49,086 nt of DNA from Pseudomonadota bacterium (lineage in GTDB: Bacteria > Pseudomonadota > Gammaproteobacteria > Steroidobacterales > Steroidobacteraceae), in assembly GCA_947453065.1 (NCBI GenBank), contig CANGFJ010000001.1:1-49086 (forward strand), given 5' to 3'. The position numbers were made by a program, and so were the translations under genes. Below, in pieces: positions 37,906 through 49,086 of this stretch; within the stretch, counting starts at the first letter, position 1, and every line of letters starts with the position of its first letter. The notes under the pieces were generated by a model. The model searched no databases and was not told the origin of the DNA. It worked only from the letters and a program-made list of their open reading frames with translations.

Positions 37906-38922
37906 ATGCCTACTTTCACGCCTTCCCCGCAGTACCAGGACCAGGGCCCCTACAAACTGGGCGTCCTGCTGGTGAACTCCGGTACGCCCGACTCGCTCAC
38001 CACGCCCGGCGTGCGCAATTTCCTGCGGCAGCTGCTGCGTGACCGCCGCACCATCGAGGTGTCGCGCGCGATCTGGTGCTGGATCCTCTACTTCATCATC
38101 CTGCCGCTGCGGCCCGTGAAGGTCGTGCCCAAGTACCGCCGCGTGTGGACCGAGGCGGGCTCGCCGCTGCGGGTCATCTCGACGCGACTGCGCGAATCGC
38201 TGGAGGCTGCGCTGACGGCGCAGCAGGGCCAGCCGGTGGCGGTGGAGCTGGGCATGCTCTATTCCAGCCCCAGCGTGGCCACGGGACTGCAGGCGCTGCG
38301 CGCACGCGGTGCCCAGCGCATCGTGGTGCTGCCGCTGTTCCCGCAGTATTCGGGCACGACGGCCGGGGCCACCTACGACCAAGTGGGCAAGGCGCTGCGC
38401 AACTGGCGCTTCCTGCCGGAACTGCGCTACATCAGCGATTACAACGTGGATGCCGGCTACATCGCCGCGGTCGCTGCAGACATCCGCGCGCACCGCGCGA
38501 CGACCCCGCAGGGCCAGCACCTGCTGATGTCCTTCCACGGCATTCCGGCCGCCTATGTGGCCAAGGGCGATCCGTACCAGCGCAAGTGCCTGGCAACGGC
38601 CGCAGCCATCGCCAGGCAGCTGGAACTGGCCGATGACGCCTGGAGCGTGAGCTTCCAGTCGCGCGTGGGCACGGCACGCTGGCTGGCGCCCTACACCGAC
38701 ACCGTGGTGCAGGAGCTGGCCCAGCGCGGTATCCGGCAGCTGGATGTGGTGGCGCCGGGCTTTGCCATCGACTGCCTGGAGACCATCGACGAGATGGGCG
38801 TCGAGGCCGCAGAGATCTTCCACAAGGCCGGTGGCGAAGTCTTGCGCTATATCCCGGCGCTGAACGACCGCGCGCCGCAGGTGGCCGTGCTGGCCGGGCT
38901 TGTCGCCGAGCATGCTCGGTAG
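37906..38922 (+). CDS. hemH: ferrochelatase
   Basis: GVLLVNSGTPDS, VLPLFPQYSGTTAG, LLMSFHGIP, and the TIDE (C-terminal acidic) motifs. Confidence 0.9.
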   Translation: MPTFTPSPQYQDQGPYKLGVLLVNSGTPDSLTTPGVRNFLRQLLRDRRTIEVSRAIWCWILYFIILPLRPVKVVPKYRRVWTEAGSPLRVISTRLRESLEAALTAQQGQPVAVELGMLYSSPSVATGLQALRARGAQRIVVLPLFPQYSGTTAGATYDQVGKALRNWRFLPELRYISDYNVDAGYIAAVAADIRAHRATTPQGQHLLMSFHGIPAAYVAKGDPYQRKCLATAAAIARQLELADDAWSVSFQSRVGTARWLAPYTDTVVQELAQRGIRQLDVVAPGFAIDCLETIDEMGVEAAEIFHKAGGEVLRYIPALNDRAPQVAVLAGLVAEHAR

Positions 38923-39565
38923 CTGGCTTGAGATCGCGCTGAGCACGGACGATATCCGGGCCTCTTGCGACTTCTATGAGCAGCTGGGATTTGGCAGCGC
39001 CGTTACGGGCGACATCTGGACGCATCACTACGGGGTGATGGCCTGCGGCGGCTTGTGCCTGGGGCTGCATGAAAAACGCCAGCCCTCGCCCACCGTCGTG
39101 TTCACGCGCGAGAACGTCGCCGGCCTGGCCCGCGAGCTCGACGCGCTGGGCATCGCGGTGATCAATGCCCGGCTGGGCAGCGAGGAGTTCAACGAACTCT
39201 CGCTGCGCGATCCGTCGGGCCTGGTGCTGCGGGTGCTGGAGGCCCGCAGCTTTTCGCCACCGCCTGCACCGCCCGCACTCACCGCCTTGGGCCGGTTCGA
39301 GTCGCTGAGCCTGCCCCTACGCGATGTGGCCGCGGCAGAGGCGTTCTGGCAGCGACTGGGCGTGGCCACGCCACCGGTGGCCTATCACGCGCTGAAGTTC
39401 CACGATGAGCCCCTGCTGCAGTTCCGCCAGCCAGACCTGGCCCAGGCCCAGTCAGTGTTGTCGGGGCTGGGCATCGACTGCGCGCCCGGACTCGGGGGCT
39501 TTGCGCCCCCTGATCACCTGCTGCTCACCAGCCCTGAAGGACAGCCTATCGCCCTGCTTGCATGA
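38912..39565 (+). CDS. VOC/glyoxalase-fold family protein (two-module)
   Basis: WLEIALSTDDIRASCDFYEQLGF is a typical VOC first beta-alpha unit. ATG 38912 (or TTG 38900) overlaps the hemH 3' end. Confidence 0.6.
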   Translation: MLGSWLEIALSTDDIRASCDFYEQLGFGSAVTGDIWTHHYGVMACGGLCLGLHEKRQPSPTVVFTRENVAGLARELDALGIAVINARLGSEEFNELSLRDPSGLVLRVLEARSFSPPPAPPALTALGRFESLSLPLRDVAAAEAFWQRLGVATPPVAYHALKFHDEPLLQFRQPDLAQAQSVLSGLGIDCAPGLGGFAPPDHLLLTSPEGQPIALLA

Positions 39566-39623
39566 AGCACGGGGCAGTGGCTACATCACCGCACTGGAAA
39601 CCTCTTCCAAGGACCCCCTGGCC

Positions 39624-41684
39624 ATGCACACACCGCCCCTGCTCCGTCGCCTGCTGCTCGCGCTGGCCGTCGCCATCGCGATACCTGCCTTTGCCGACGA
39701 GGGCATGTGGACCTTCGACAATTTCCCGGCCGCGACGGTCAAGCAGCAGTACGGGGCGGACATCACGCCGGCCTGGCTGGACCATGTGCGGCTGTCGACG
39801 GTACGGCTGTCCAACTGCACGGCCTCGTTCGTGTCGCCGGAAGGTTTGATCCTCACCAACCACCACTGCGCCGCGCAGTGCCTGGCCGAGATCTCCTCGC
39901 CGCAGCAGGACCGCCTCAAGGACGGCTACCTCGCGCGGGATCGCAGCGAGGAAGTGCGCTGCCCGACGCAGTACGCCGATGTGCTGGTTGGCATGGAGAA
40001 CATCACCGCCAAGGTCGCTGCCGCCACGCGGGGCAAGGACGACAAGGCCGCCGGCGAAGCGCGCAAGCGCGCGCTGACGCAGCTGGAGCAGGCCTGCGAA
40101 CAGGCCGCCGGCAAGAAAGACCCGCGCCGCTGCGAGTCGGTGAAGCTGTATGAGGGCGGGCAGTACTTCCTGTACCAGTACAAGCGCTACACCGACGTGC
40201 GCCTCACCTTTGCCCCCGAAGACGCCATTGCCGCCTATGGCGGCGACCCGGACAACTTCCAGTTCCCGCGCTGGTGCCTGGACATGAGCGTGCTGCGCGC
40301 CTACGAAGACGGCAAGCCGGCCAGGACGCCGAACTTCCTGAAGGTGAACTGGAAGGGCCCAGCCGAGAACGAACTGGTGTTCGTCTCTGGCCATCCGGGC
40401 TCGACCGATCGCCAGCTGACCGTGGCACAGCTGGAGGCGCTGCGGGCGTCGCTGCCGTTCTGGCTGCTGCGTGCCGCCGAGACGCGCGGCCGCTATATCC
40501 AGTTTGCCCAGGGCGGCGAGGAGAACGCGCGCATCGTCGCCGATCCGCTGACGAGCCTTGAAAACAGCATCAAGGTGCGCCGCAAGGAGCTCGATGCCCT
40601 GCTGGACGGCTCGCTGATGGCGCAGAAGGCCAAGGACGAGGCGGCCCTGCGCGCGCGCGCCGGCCTGGCCGGTGCGCAGGACCCCTGGGTGCAGATCGAG
40701 AAGGCCGAACGCCGTGGCCATGACCTGCAACTGCCCTATACCTTCATCGAGAGTGCCGCGGGCTTCAACAGCGCGCTGTTCCGCCATGCCCGCACGCTGG
40801 TGCGTGCGGCGGCCGAGCGCGCCAAGCCCAATGACGAGCGGCTGCGCGAATTCACCGACTCGTCGATCCCGCAGGTACAGCAGCGCATGACCGCTGCCGT
40901 GCCGATCTACGCGGAGCGCGAGAAGCTGACGCTGTCGTCGGGCCTGCTGCGCATGCGCGAATTCCTGGGGCCCGACTACCCGCTGGTGCGCAACCTGCTG
41001 AAGGAGACCTCGCCCGAGGCGCTGGCCACGAGCCTGGTCGAGGGTACGCGACTGGGTGATCCGGCCGTGCGCAAGGCGCTGTGGGAAGGCGGGGCAGAGG
41101 CCATCAAGGCGTCGAAGGACCCGATGATCCGCATCGCGCTGCTGGTGGACCCGGAGGCCCGCGCGATCCGCAAGCAATACGAAGACGAGGTCGAGTCACC
41201 GATCGATGCCGCCGCGGAAAAGATCGCCGCAGCACGCTTTGCCGCCTATGGCACCAGCGTGTACCCGGACGCCACCTTCACGCTGCGCCTGAACTTCGGC
41301 ACCGTGCAGGGCTGGGTCGAGGCCGGCAAGCCGGTGGCGCCGTTCACGCCGCTGCTGCGCGCCTACGAGCGCAGCACAGGCGCAGACCCCTTCCGCATCC
41401 CGGACAGCTGGCTGAAGGCCCGTGCCACCCTCGACCCGAAGACGCCGTTCAATCTGTCGACCACCAATGACATCGTGGGCGGTAACTCGGGCAGTGCGCT
41501 GATCAATGCACAGGGCGACATCGTGGGGCTGATGTTCGACGGGAACATCCACTCGATCAGCGGGTCGTACTGGTTCGACACAGAGAAGAACCGCTCGATC
41601 GCCGTGCACACGGGCATCATCCGCGCGGCACTGACACAGGTATATGGCGCCACGGCGCTGGCACAGGAACTGGGAGCCCGTTGA
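39624..41684 (+). CDS. S46-family dipeptidyl-peptidase (DPP7/DPP11/DAP BII-like), secreted
   Basis: Signal peptide, then ADEGMW (the N-terminal hallmark of mature S46). LILTNHHC (His). IVGGNSGSALIN (Ser). Start at ATG 39624. Confidence 0.85.
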   Translation: MHTPPLLRRLLLALAVAIAIPAFADEGMWTFDNFPAATVKQQYGADITPAWLDHVRLSTVRLSNCTASFVSPEGLILTNHHCAAQCLAEISSPQQDRLKDGYLARDRSEEVRCPTQYADVLVGMENITAKVAAATRGKDDKAAGEARKRALTQLEQACEQAAGKKDPRRCESVKLYEGGQYFLYQYKRYTDVRLTFAPEDAIAAYGGDPDNFQFPRWCLDMSVLRAYEDGKPARTPNFLKVNWKGPAENELVFVSGHPGSTDRQLTVAQLEALRASLPFWLLRAAETRGRYIQFAQGGEENARIVADPLTSLENSIKVRRKELDALLDGSLMAQKAKDEAALRARAGLAGAQDPWVQIEKAERRGHDLQLPYTFIESAAGFNSALFRHARTLVRAAAERAKPNDERLREFTDSSIPQVQQRMTAAVPIYAEREKLTLSSGLLRMREFLGPDYPLVRNLLKETSPEALATSLVEGTRLGDPAVRKALWEGGAEAIKASKDPMIRIALLVDPEARAIRKQYEDEVESPIDAAAEKIAAARFAAYGTSVYPDATFTLRLNFGTVQGWVEAGKPVAPFTPLLRAYERSTGADPFRIPDSWLKARATLDPKTPFNLSTTNDIVGGNSGSALINAQGDIVGLMFDGNIHSISGSYWFDTEKNRSIAVHTGIIRAALTQVYGATALAQELGAR

Positions 41685-41686
41685 GC

Positions 41687-42925
41687 ATGATGCAGATCCG
41701 GAACACGGCGCAGCGCTGGGGCGCGGTCTCGCAGGCCTTCCATTGGGCGATCGTGGTGATGATCCTGGCGCAGTACGCGCTGACGAGCATCGCCGAGGAC
41801 CTGCCAGCCGGCGTGGCCAAGCTGGGCACGCTGGCACAGCACAAGTCGGTGGGCATCACGATCCTGGCGCTGGCGATCCTGCGCATGGCGTGGCGTCGGC
41901 TGAACAAGCCCTCGCCGCCGCTACCCGCAGACCTTAAACGCTACGAGCGTTTTCTGGCGCACCTGACGCACCACGGCCTGTACTTCCTGCTGTTCTCGCT
42001 GCCGCTGTCGGGCTGGATGATGTCCTCGGCCAAGCACTACCCGGTGAGCTGGTTCGGCCTTGGCCAGCCACTGCCAGACCTGGTGCCCGCCAACGAGACG
42101 CTGTTTGGCGTGCTGAAGGAAACGCACGAACTGCTGTCCACGGCCCTGATCGCCGTGGCGGCCCTGCATGCACTGGCTGCCCTGCACCACCATTTCGTGC
42201 GCAAGGACAGCATCCTGCGCCGCATGCTGCCGTTCACGGCACCCGGTACGCGCCGTGGCGCGGTGAAGCTGGCCGGTGTGACGCTGGTGTTCGTGGTCGC
42301 CTCGCTGCTGGCTTTCCGCCAGTTGCTGCCAGCCCAGCCGCCTGGCGCTGGCGTCTCGGAATCCGGCACCGACACTGCGGCAGGCGCAACCAACGATGCG
42401 ACACGCGGTGACAGCGCCTGGGTGGTCGATGCGGCCGCCAGCACGCTGGCATTCAGCTTCATTCAGGCGGGCGCCGCCACCACTGGCCACTTCGGCCAGT
42501 TCACGGCCGATATCGACTTCACGGCGACGCCGGCAGCCAGCGGGCGCTTTGACGTGCGTATCGAAACCGTCAGCGCCGACACGCTCGACAAGGAACGCAA
42601 CGAACAGCTGCGCACGACCGACCTGTTCAACGTGGCGCAGTTTCCGCAGGCCCGCTACGTGGCCACGCAGTTCACGCCCAAGGGCGAGGGCTTCGAGGCC
42701 CAGGGCCAGCTGACGCTGCGCGGCGTGACCTTGAACGTGCCACTGTCCTTCACCTTCCAGCCTTCGGCCAACGGGCGCACCGCCGCGCTGAAGGGCAGCG
42801 CCACAATCAAGCGCCTGGCCTTTGGCGTGGGCCAGGGCGAGTGGAAGTCCACCGAATGGATCAGCGATGACGTGCAGGTGAGCTTCACCCTGCAGCTTGT
42901 GCCGCGCGCCGCCGCGCAGCCCTGA
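41687..42925 (+). CDS. cytochrome b561 (CybB/YceJ-like) fused to a YceI-like periplasmic domain
   Basis: N-terminal half: FHWAIVVMILAQY...HKSVGITILALAILR...THHGLYFLLFSLPLSGW...ALHALAALHHHF (four-helix di-haem b561 pattern). C-terminal half: YceI-like WVVDAAASTLAFSF...GHFGQF...TLRGVT. Joined by a Gly/Ala/Thr-rich linker. Confidence 0.8.
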   Translation: MMQIRNTAQRWGAVSQAFHWAIVVMILAQYALTSIAEDLPAGVAKLGTLAQHKSVGITILALAILRMAWRRLNKPSPPLPADLKRYERFLAHLTHHGLYFLLFSLPLSGWMMSSAKHYPVSWFGLGQPLPDLVPANETLFGVLKETHELLSTALIAVAALHALAALHHHFVRKDSILRRMLPFTAPGTRRGAVKLAGVTLVFVVASLLAFRQLLPAQPPGAGVSESGTDTAAGATNDATRGDSAWVVDAAASTLAFSFIQAGAATTGHFGQFTADIDFTATPAASGRFDVRIETVSADTLDKERNEQLRTTDLFNVAQFPQARYVATQFTPKGEGFEAQGQLTLRGVTLNVPLSFTFQPSANGRTAALKGSATIKRLAFGVGQGEWKSTEWISDDVQVSFTLQLVPRAAAQP

Positions 42926-42929
42926 ACCG

Positions 42930-45092
42930 GTGACCCAGCTGTGCGATGAAGTCGGCGGCTGCGTCGATGAGCTGCTGGCGCGCGTGGGACCCCGCATCGT
43001 GCTGGGCCTGCCGATTGGCATTGGCAAGCCCGTGGCGCTGGTCAACGAGCTGTACCGCCGCGCGCGCAAAGACCCTGCGCTGTCGCTGACGATCATCACC
43101 GGGCTGACGCTGTCGCGGCCGCGCGCCAGCAGCGCGCTGCAACGGCGCTTCCTGCAGCCTTTTGTCGAGCGCGTGTTTGCCGATGCGCCGGAGCTGGACT
43201 ACCTGCCTGCGCAGCGCGAGGGCACCCTGCCCGCCAATGTGCAGGTGCTGGAGTTCTTCTTTGAGCCGGGCACGGCGCTGGACCAGCCGCTGCGCCAGCA
43301 GCAGCACCTGTGCACCAACTACACGCAGGTGGCGCGGGTACTGCTGGCCCGGGGCGTCAACGTCATTGCGCAGCTGGTGGCCAGCCGCAGCCCGCGTGGC
43401 GTGCGCGAGCTGAGCTTGGGTGGCAACCCCGACATCACCGTCGACCTGTTGCCGGCCATCGAGGCCGCGCGCGGCAGCGATCGGCGCATCCTGCTGGTGG
43501 GCCAGGTGCATCCACGCATGCCCTTCATGCTGGGCCATGCGGTGGTGGACGCGCAGCGCTTTGACCTGCTGCTGGAGCACGACCGCTACGACCACGAATT
43601 GTTCTGCCCGCCCAACCTGCCGATCGGGCCGGTGGACCACGCCATCGGCCTGCAGGCCAGCGCGCTGCTGCGCGACGGCGGCACGCTGCAGCTGGGCATC
43701 GGGGAGCTGGGCGATGCCATCGTCTATGGCCTGCAGCTGCGGCATCAGCAGAACGACGCGTGGCGCAGTGCGCTGGCCGAACTGGGCGCAGAGCGGTCCG
43801 CGGCGCTGATCGATGCCGTGGGCGGGCGCGACGGGTTTACACAGGGTCTGTTCGGTTGCAGCGAGCTATTCGTGGACCAGCTGCTGGACCTGCATCGCGG
43901 CGGCATTCTGCGGCGCCGGGTTTTTGACCTGCTGCCGCTGGAGCGATTGCTGGCCAGCGGCCGGCTCGGCGAGCGCTTTGGACCCGACGTGCTCGACCTG
44001 CTGCGCGAGGCCGGCCTGCCATCGCGCATCGATGCCGCGCTGTTCGCGCAGCTGCAGCGCTGCGGCGTGTTCGTGGCCGAGACCCGCTTTGCCGACGGCC
44101 GCATCGGCTCGCCCGAGGGCGAGTGGATCAGCGCGGACCTGGCCGACGACAGCGCCCGCTCACGCCTGGCTGCCACCTGCCTCGGCCGTCACCTGCAGGG
44201 CGGCGTGGTGCTGCAGGCCGGCTTCCTGCTGGGGCCCAAGGGGTTCTACGCGGCGCTGCGCGAACTGTCTGACAAGGACCGCGCGCTGTTCGACCTGCGC
44301 GGCGTGGGCTACATCAACCAGCTGGATGGCGACGACCGCGAACTGCGCGTGCTGCAACGGCGCGATGCGCGCTTCATCAACTCGACCATGATGGTGACGC
44401 TGGGCGGTGCTGCGGTGTCTGACGGCCTGGCCGATGGCCGCGTGGTCAGCGGCGTGGGCGGGCAGCATGACTTCGTGCGCATGGCGCAGGTGCTGCCGGG
44501 GGCGCGTTCTATCTTGTGCCTGCGCGCTACGCGCGAGTCCGGCGGGCGCGTGAGCTCGAACATCATCTATGGCTATGGCCACGTCACCATTCCGCGCCAG
44601 CTGCGCGACATCGTGATCACCGAGTATGGCTGTGCCGACCTGGCCGGCCGCACCGACAGCGAAGTGATCGCCGCGCTGCTGAACATCGCCGACTCGCGCT
44701 TCCAGGGCGCGCTGCTGCGCGAGGCGCAGCGCCACGGCAAGATCGCCGCCGACTACTGCATTCCCGACGCGTACCGCGACAACACGCCACGGCGCCTGGC
44801 CGCAGGCTTTGCCCGTTCACGCAGCCTGGGGCTGTTCAGTGAATTTCCGTTTGGTACGGACTTCAGCCAGGAAGAGATCGTGCTGATGCGGGCACTGAAA
44901 GACCTGGCCTCGCGTATGAGCAGGCCGGGGCGTGCTGCGCTGACGGTGCTGCGTGCTGCATTGAGGTTGCGCGATGCCGGACAGGCGCCCTACCTCGAGC
45001 GCATGGGCCTGGCCAAGTCGCGCGGCCCCACGCAGTGGCTGCAGCGCCAGCTACTGCGTGATGCGCTCGCGCGCGTCGACGAATACGCCTGA
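42930..45092 (+). CDS. acetyl-CoA hydrolase/transferase-family protein
   Basis: [23 protein letters not shown], and a C-terminal [12 protein letters not shown]-type motif typical of the family. Start taken as GTG 42930, just after the upstream stop; this is uncertain. Confidence 0.7.
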   Translation: MTQLCDEVGGCVDELLARVGPRIVLGLPIGIGKPVALVNELYRRARKDPALSLTIITGLTLSRPRASSALQRRFLQPFVERVFADAPELDYLPAQREGTLPANVQVLEFFFEPGTALDQPLRQQQHLCTNYTQVARVLLARGVNVIAQLVASRSPRGVRELSLGGNPDITVDLLPAIEAARGSDRRILLVGQVHPRMPFMLGHAVVDAQRFDLLLEHDRYDHELFCPPNLPIGPVDHAIGLQASALLRDGGTLQLGIGELGDAIVYGLQLRHQQNDAWRSALAELGAERSAALIDAVGGRDGFTQGLFGCSELFVDQLLDLHRGGILRRRVFDLLPLERLLASGRLGERFGPDVLDLLREAGLPSRIDAALFAQLQRCGVFVAETRFADGRIGSPEGEWISADLADDSARSRLAATCLGRHLQGGVVLQAGFLLGPKGFYAALRELSDKDRALFDLRGVGYINQLDGDDRELRVLQRRDARFINSTMMVTLGGAAVSDGLADGRVVSGVGGQHDFVRMAQVLPGARSILCLRATRESGGRVSSNIIYGYGHVTIPRQLRDIVITEYGCADLAGRTDSEVIAALLNIADSRFQGALLREAQRHGKIAADYCIPDAYRDNTPRRLAAGFARSRSLGLFSEFPFGTDFSQEEIVLMRALKDLASRMSRPGRAALTVLRAALRLRDAGQAPYLERMGLAKSRGPTQWLQRQLLRDALARVDEYA

Positions 45093-46325
45093 GTCACGCG
45101 CGGGCTCCAGTGCCCCGGTCCACCGCGCCACCACCAGCGTGGCCACGGCATTGCCCACCAGGTTGGTGAGCGCACGCGCCTCGCTCATGAAGCGGTCGAT
45201 GCCGAGGATGAGCGCCAGCGCCGCGACCGGTGGGCCCTGCACCGCGGCCAGCGTACCGGCGAGCACAATGAAGCCGCTGCCGGTGACCCCCGCGCCACCC
45301 TTGGAGGTGAGCAGCAGCACCAGCAGCATGATGACCTGCTGGCCCAGTGACATCGGCGTGTCGGTGGCCTGCGCCAGGAACACCGCGGCCATCGTCAGGT
45401 AGATGCAGGTGCCATCCAGGTTGAAGGAATAGCCGGCCGGCACCACCAGGCCCACGACCGAACGGCGGCAGCCCAGCCGCTCGAGTTTGTCGATGAAGCG
45501 CGGCAGCACCGTCTCGGACGATGACGTACCCAGCACGATCAGCAGTTCGTCCTTGATGTAGGCAATGAGCCGCAGGATGCGAAAGCCGTGCAGGCGCGCG
45601 ATGCTGCCCAGCACCAGCAGGATGAACAGCAGGCAGGTGACGTAGAAGCAGGCCATGAGGCCGGCCAGCGGCAAGAGCGCCGCGATGCCCTGCGAGGCAA
45701 TGGTGAAGGCCATCGCCCCCAGCGCGCCGATCGGCGCGAGCCGCATGATGAAGCCCACGATGGCAAACACCACGCTCGACAGGCCCTCGATCGCCTCGCG
45801 CAGCACCACGGCACGCGCCGCCGCCAGATGCAGCGCAAAGCCGAAGAGCATCGCCACGAACAGCACCTGCAACACCTCGCCGCGCGCGAAGGCGTCGAAG
45901 ATCGAGGTGGGAATGATGTTCATCAGGAAGTCGACGATGCCCTGGTGCTGGGCCTTTTCGGCGTACTGGCTGATGCGCGAGACATCGAGCGTGCTCACGT
46001 CCACGTGCATGCCGACACCCGGCTTGAGCACATTGACCACCGCGAGCCCCAGCACCAGCGCCAGCGTGGTCACCGCCTCGAAATAGCCCAGCGCCAGGAG
46101 GCCCGTGCGGCCGACGCTCTTGAGGTCTTCCATGCCGGCGATGCCCAGCACCACGGTGCAGAAGATCACCGGCGTGACAATCATCTTGATGAGGCGGATG
46201 AAGCCATCGCCCAGCGGCTTGAGCTCCACGCCCAGCGCGGGCGCGAAGTGGCCGATGAGGATGCCGGCGACGATGGCCAGCAGGACCTGGACGTAGAGGG
46301 AGCGCAGTGGTCTGAGCACGCTCAC
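45051..46325 (-). CDS. dctA: DAACS-family dicarboxylate/amino-acid:cation symporter (DctA-like)
   Basis: [19 protein letters not shown]...[18 protein letters not shown]...SSSETVLP...[13 protein letters not shown]. The GTG start directly abuts the acs stop. Confidence 0.85.
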   Translation of the reverse strand: MSVLRPLRSLYVQVLLAIVAGILIGHFAPALGVELKPLGDGFIRLIKMIVTPVIFCTVVLGIAGMEDLKSVGRTGLLALGYFEAVTTLALVLGLAVVNVLKPGVGMHVDVSTLDVSRISQYAEKAQHQGIVDFLMNIIPTSIFDAFARGEVLQVLFVAMLFGFALHLAAARAVVLREAIEGLSSVVFAIVGFIMRLAPIGALGAMAFTIASQGIAALLPLAGLMACFYVTCLLFILLVLGSIARLHGFRILRLIAYIKDELLIVLGTSSSETVLPRFIDKLERLGCRRSVVGLVVPAGYSFNLDGTCIYLTMAAVFLAQATDTPMSLGQQVIMLLVLLLTSKGGAGVTGSGFIVLAGTLAAVQGPPVAALALILGIDRFMSEARALTNLVGNAVATLVVARWTGALEPARDSGVFVDARERITQ

Positions 46326-48305
<1,980 letters not shown>

Positions 48306-48315
48306 GCTGCCTATC

Positions 48316-49086
48316 CTAGCTGCTGGAATGCGTGGAAATCAGTCGTTCGGCCTGGCCGCGCAACAGCGAGCCAAATCCCTGGCGATCGAAGAAGGCGGCC
48401 AGCCCCGCGCGGTCGGGGGCGCGGCGGCGCAGGTCGTGGCGCGTGGTGTCCAGCGGCATCCGGCAGTGGATGCGCGTGAGCGCCTGCGCGAGGTAGGCCG
48501 CGTCCCGATGCAGCGCCAGCCTGGCGCCCAGCTGCGCGGCGCCACGCAGGGGCAGGTCGGCCACGTGGTCAAGCCGCTCGTACAGCTGGTCGAGCGAGAC
48601 AAAGTGCTGCATCAGGGCTGCGGCGGTCTTGGGGCCGACGCCGGGCACGCCGGGAATGTTGTCCACGGCGTCCCCGGTGAGGGCGAGGTAATCCGCATAG
48701 CGCTCGGGCGCAACGCCGAAACGGCCCTCGATCTCGTGGTGGAGGTAGCGCTTGTCGCCGGCGTAGTCCCAGTACACATCGCCGGGGCCGATCAGCTGGG
48801 CCAGGTCTTTGTCGCGCGTCACCACCGTGGTGCGCAGGCCCTCTGCGCGCACGCGGTGGGCCAGCGTGCCGATGATGTCGTCGGCCTCGTACTCGGCGCT
48901 GTGGAACCAGGCCAGGCCCAGGTGGCTGCAGAACTCGCGGCAGCGCTCGAACTGCAGCATGAGCTCGACGGGGGCGGCCTCGCGGTTAGCCTTGTAGGCG
49001 GGGTAGATGCGGTTGCGGAACGAGGTGGCCAGGCTGCCATCGAAAGCCACGGCCACGTACTCGGGCTGCGCACGCTCAAGCAGGTC
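48316..49086 (-). CDS. 5'-3' exonuclease / flap endonuclease (Pol I N-terminal-domain-like), 5' end outside the window
   Basis: [44 protein letters not shown] (H3TH). The frame stays open to the window edge ([18 protein letters not shown]...). Confidence 0.8.
   Translation of the reverse strand, partial: DLLERAQPEYVAVAFDGSLATSFRNRIYPAYKANREAAPVELMLQFERCREFCSHLGLAWFHSAEYEADDIIGTLAHRVRAEGLRTTVVTRDKDLAQLIGPGDVYWDYAGDKRYLHHEIEGRFGVAPERYADYLALTGDAVDNIPGVPGVGPKTAAALMQHFVSLDQLYERLDHVADLPLRGAAQLGARLALHRDAAYLAQALTRIHCRMPLDTTRHDLRRRAPDRAGLAAFFDRQGFGSLLRGQAERLISTHSSS

Overview
Visibly GC-rich (not computed), densely coding chromosomal segment. The gene content looks like a Burkholderiales/Comamonadaceae-type betaproteobacterium; this is inferred from recognised protein families, with no search run. 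I call 41 protein-coding genes (two cut by the window edges), one intrinsic terminator, one sigma54-type promoter candidate and a few palindromes. I saw no rRNA, tRNA, CRISPR array, transposase, integrase or phage gene.

Gene order, left to right:
- Divergent aromatic-oxidation cluster: NTF2-like protein, PCMH/VAO-type flavoprotein and cytochrome c on one strand; stilbene-type dioxygenase and VanA-type Rieske oxygenase on the other.
- DUF423, ygiQ, and an ACE-like M2 peptidase lipoprotein.
- Four-gene envelope cluster ending in a 115-aa channel-like protein.
- 1828-aa tandem-fused UvrA-UvrA with a translationally coupled Cys-rich mini-protein, then a duplicated SPOR-like protein.
- NlpC/P60 and a GGDEF-EAL protein, then a CFA-synthase-like methyltransferase, a PGPGW protein and a GFA protein.
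- Unusual ilv region: ilvI, a truncated alpha/beta-hydrolase fragment, a coiled-coil FHA protein and ilvA on one strand, with ilvH divergent.
- glnB, a secreted metzincin with a GlyGly-CTERM-like tail, and gshA.
- Thiolase-tspO-DLH-hemH-VOC string, an S46 peptidase and a cytochrome b561-YceI fusion.
- Acetate node (acetyl-CoA hydrolase/transferase, dctA, acs), then a partial 5'-3' exonuclease gene.

The items I consider most worth follow-up are:
- the asymmetric tandem UvrA with its coupled zinc-ribbon partner;
- the miniature pore-loop protein with a degenerate K+ filter;
- the aromatic cluster;
- the split AHAS locus with the dead hydrolase fragment.

All family assignments come from reading motifs in the translations. 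None is backed by a database search.
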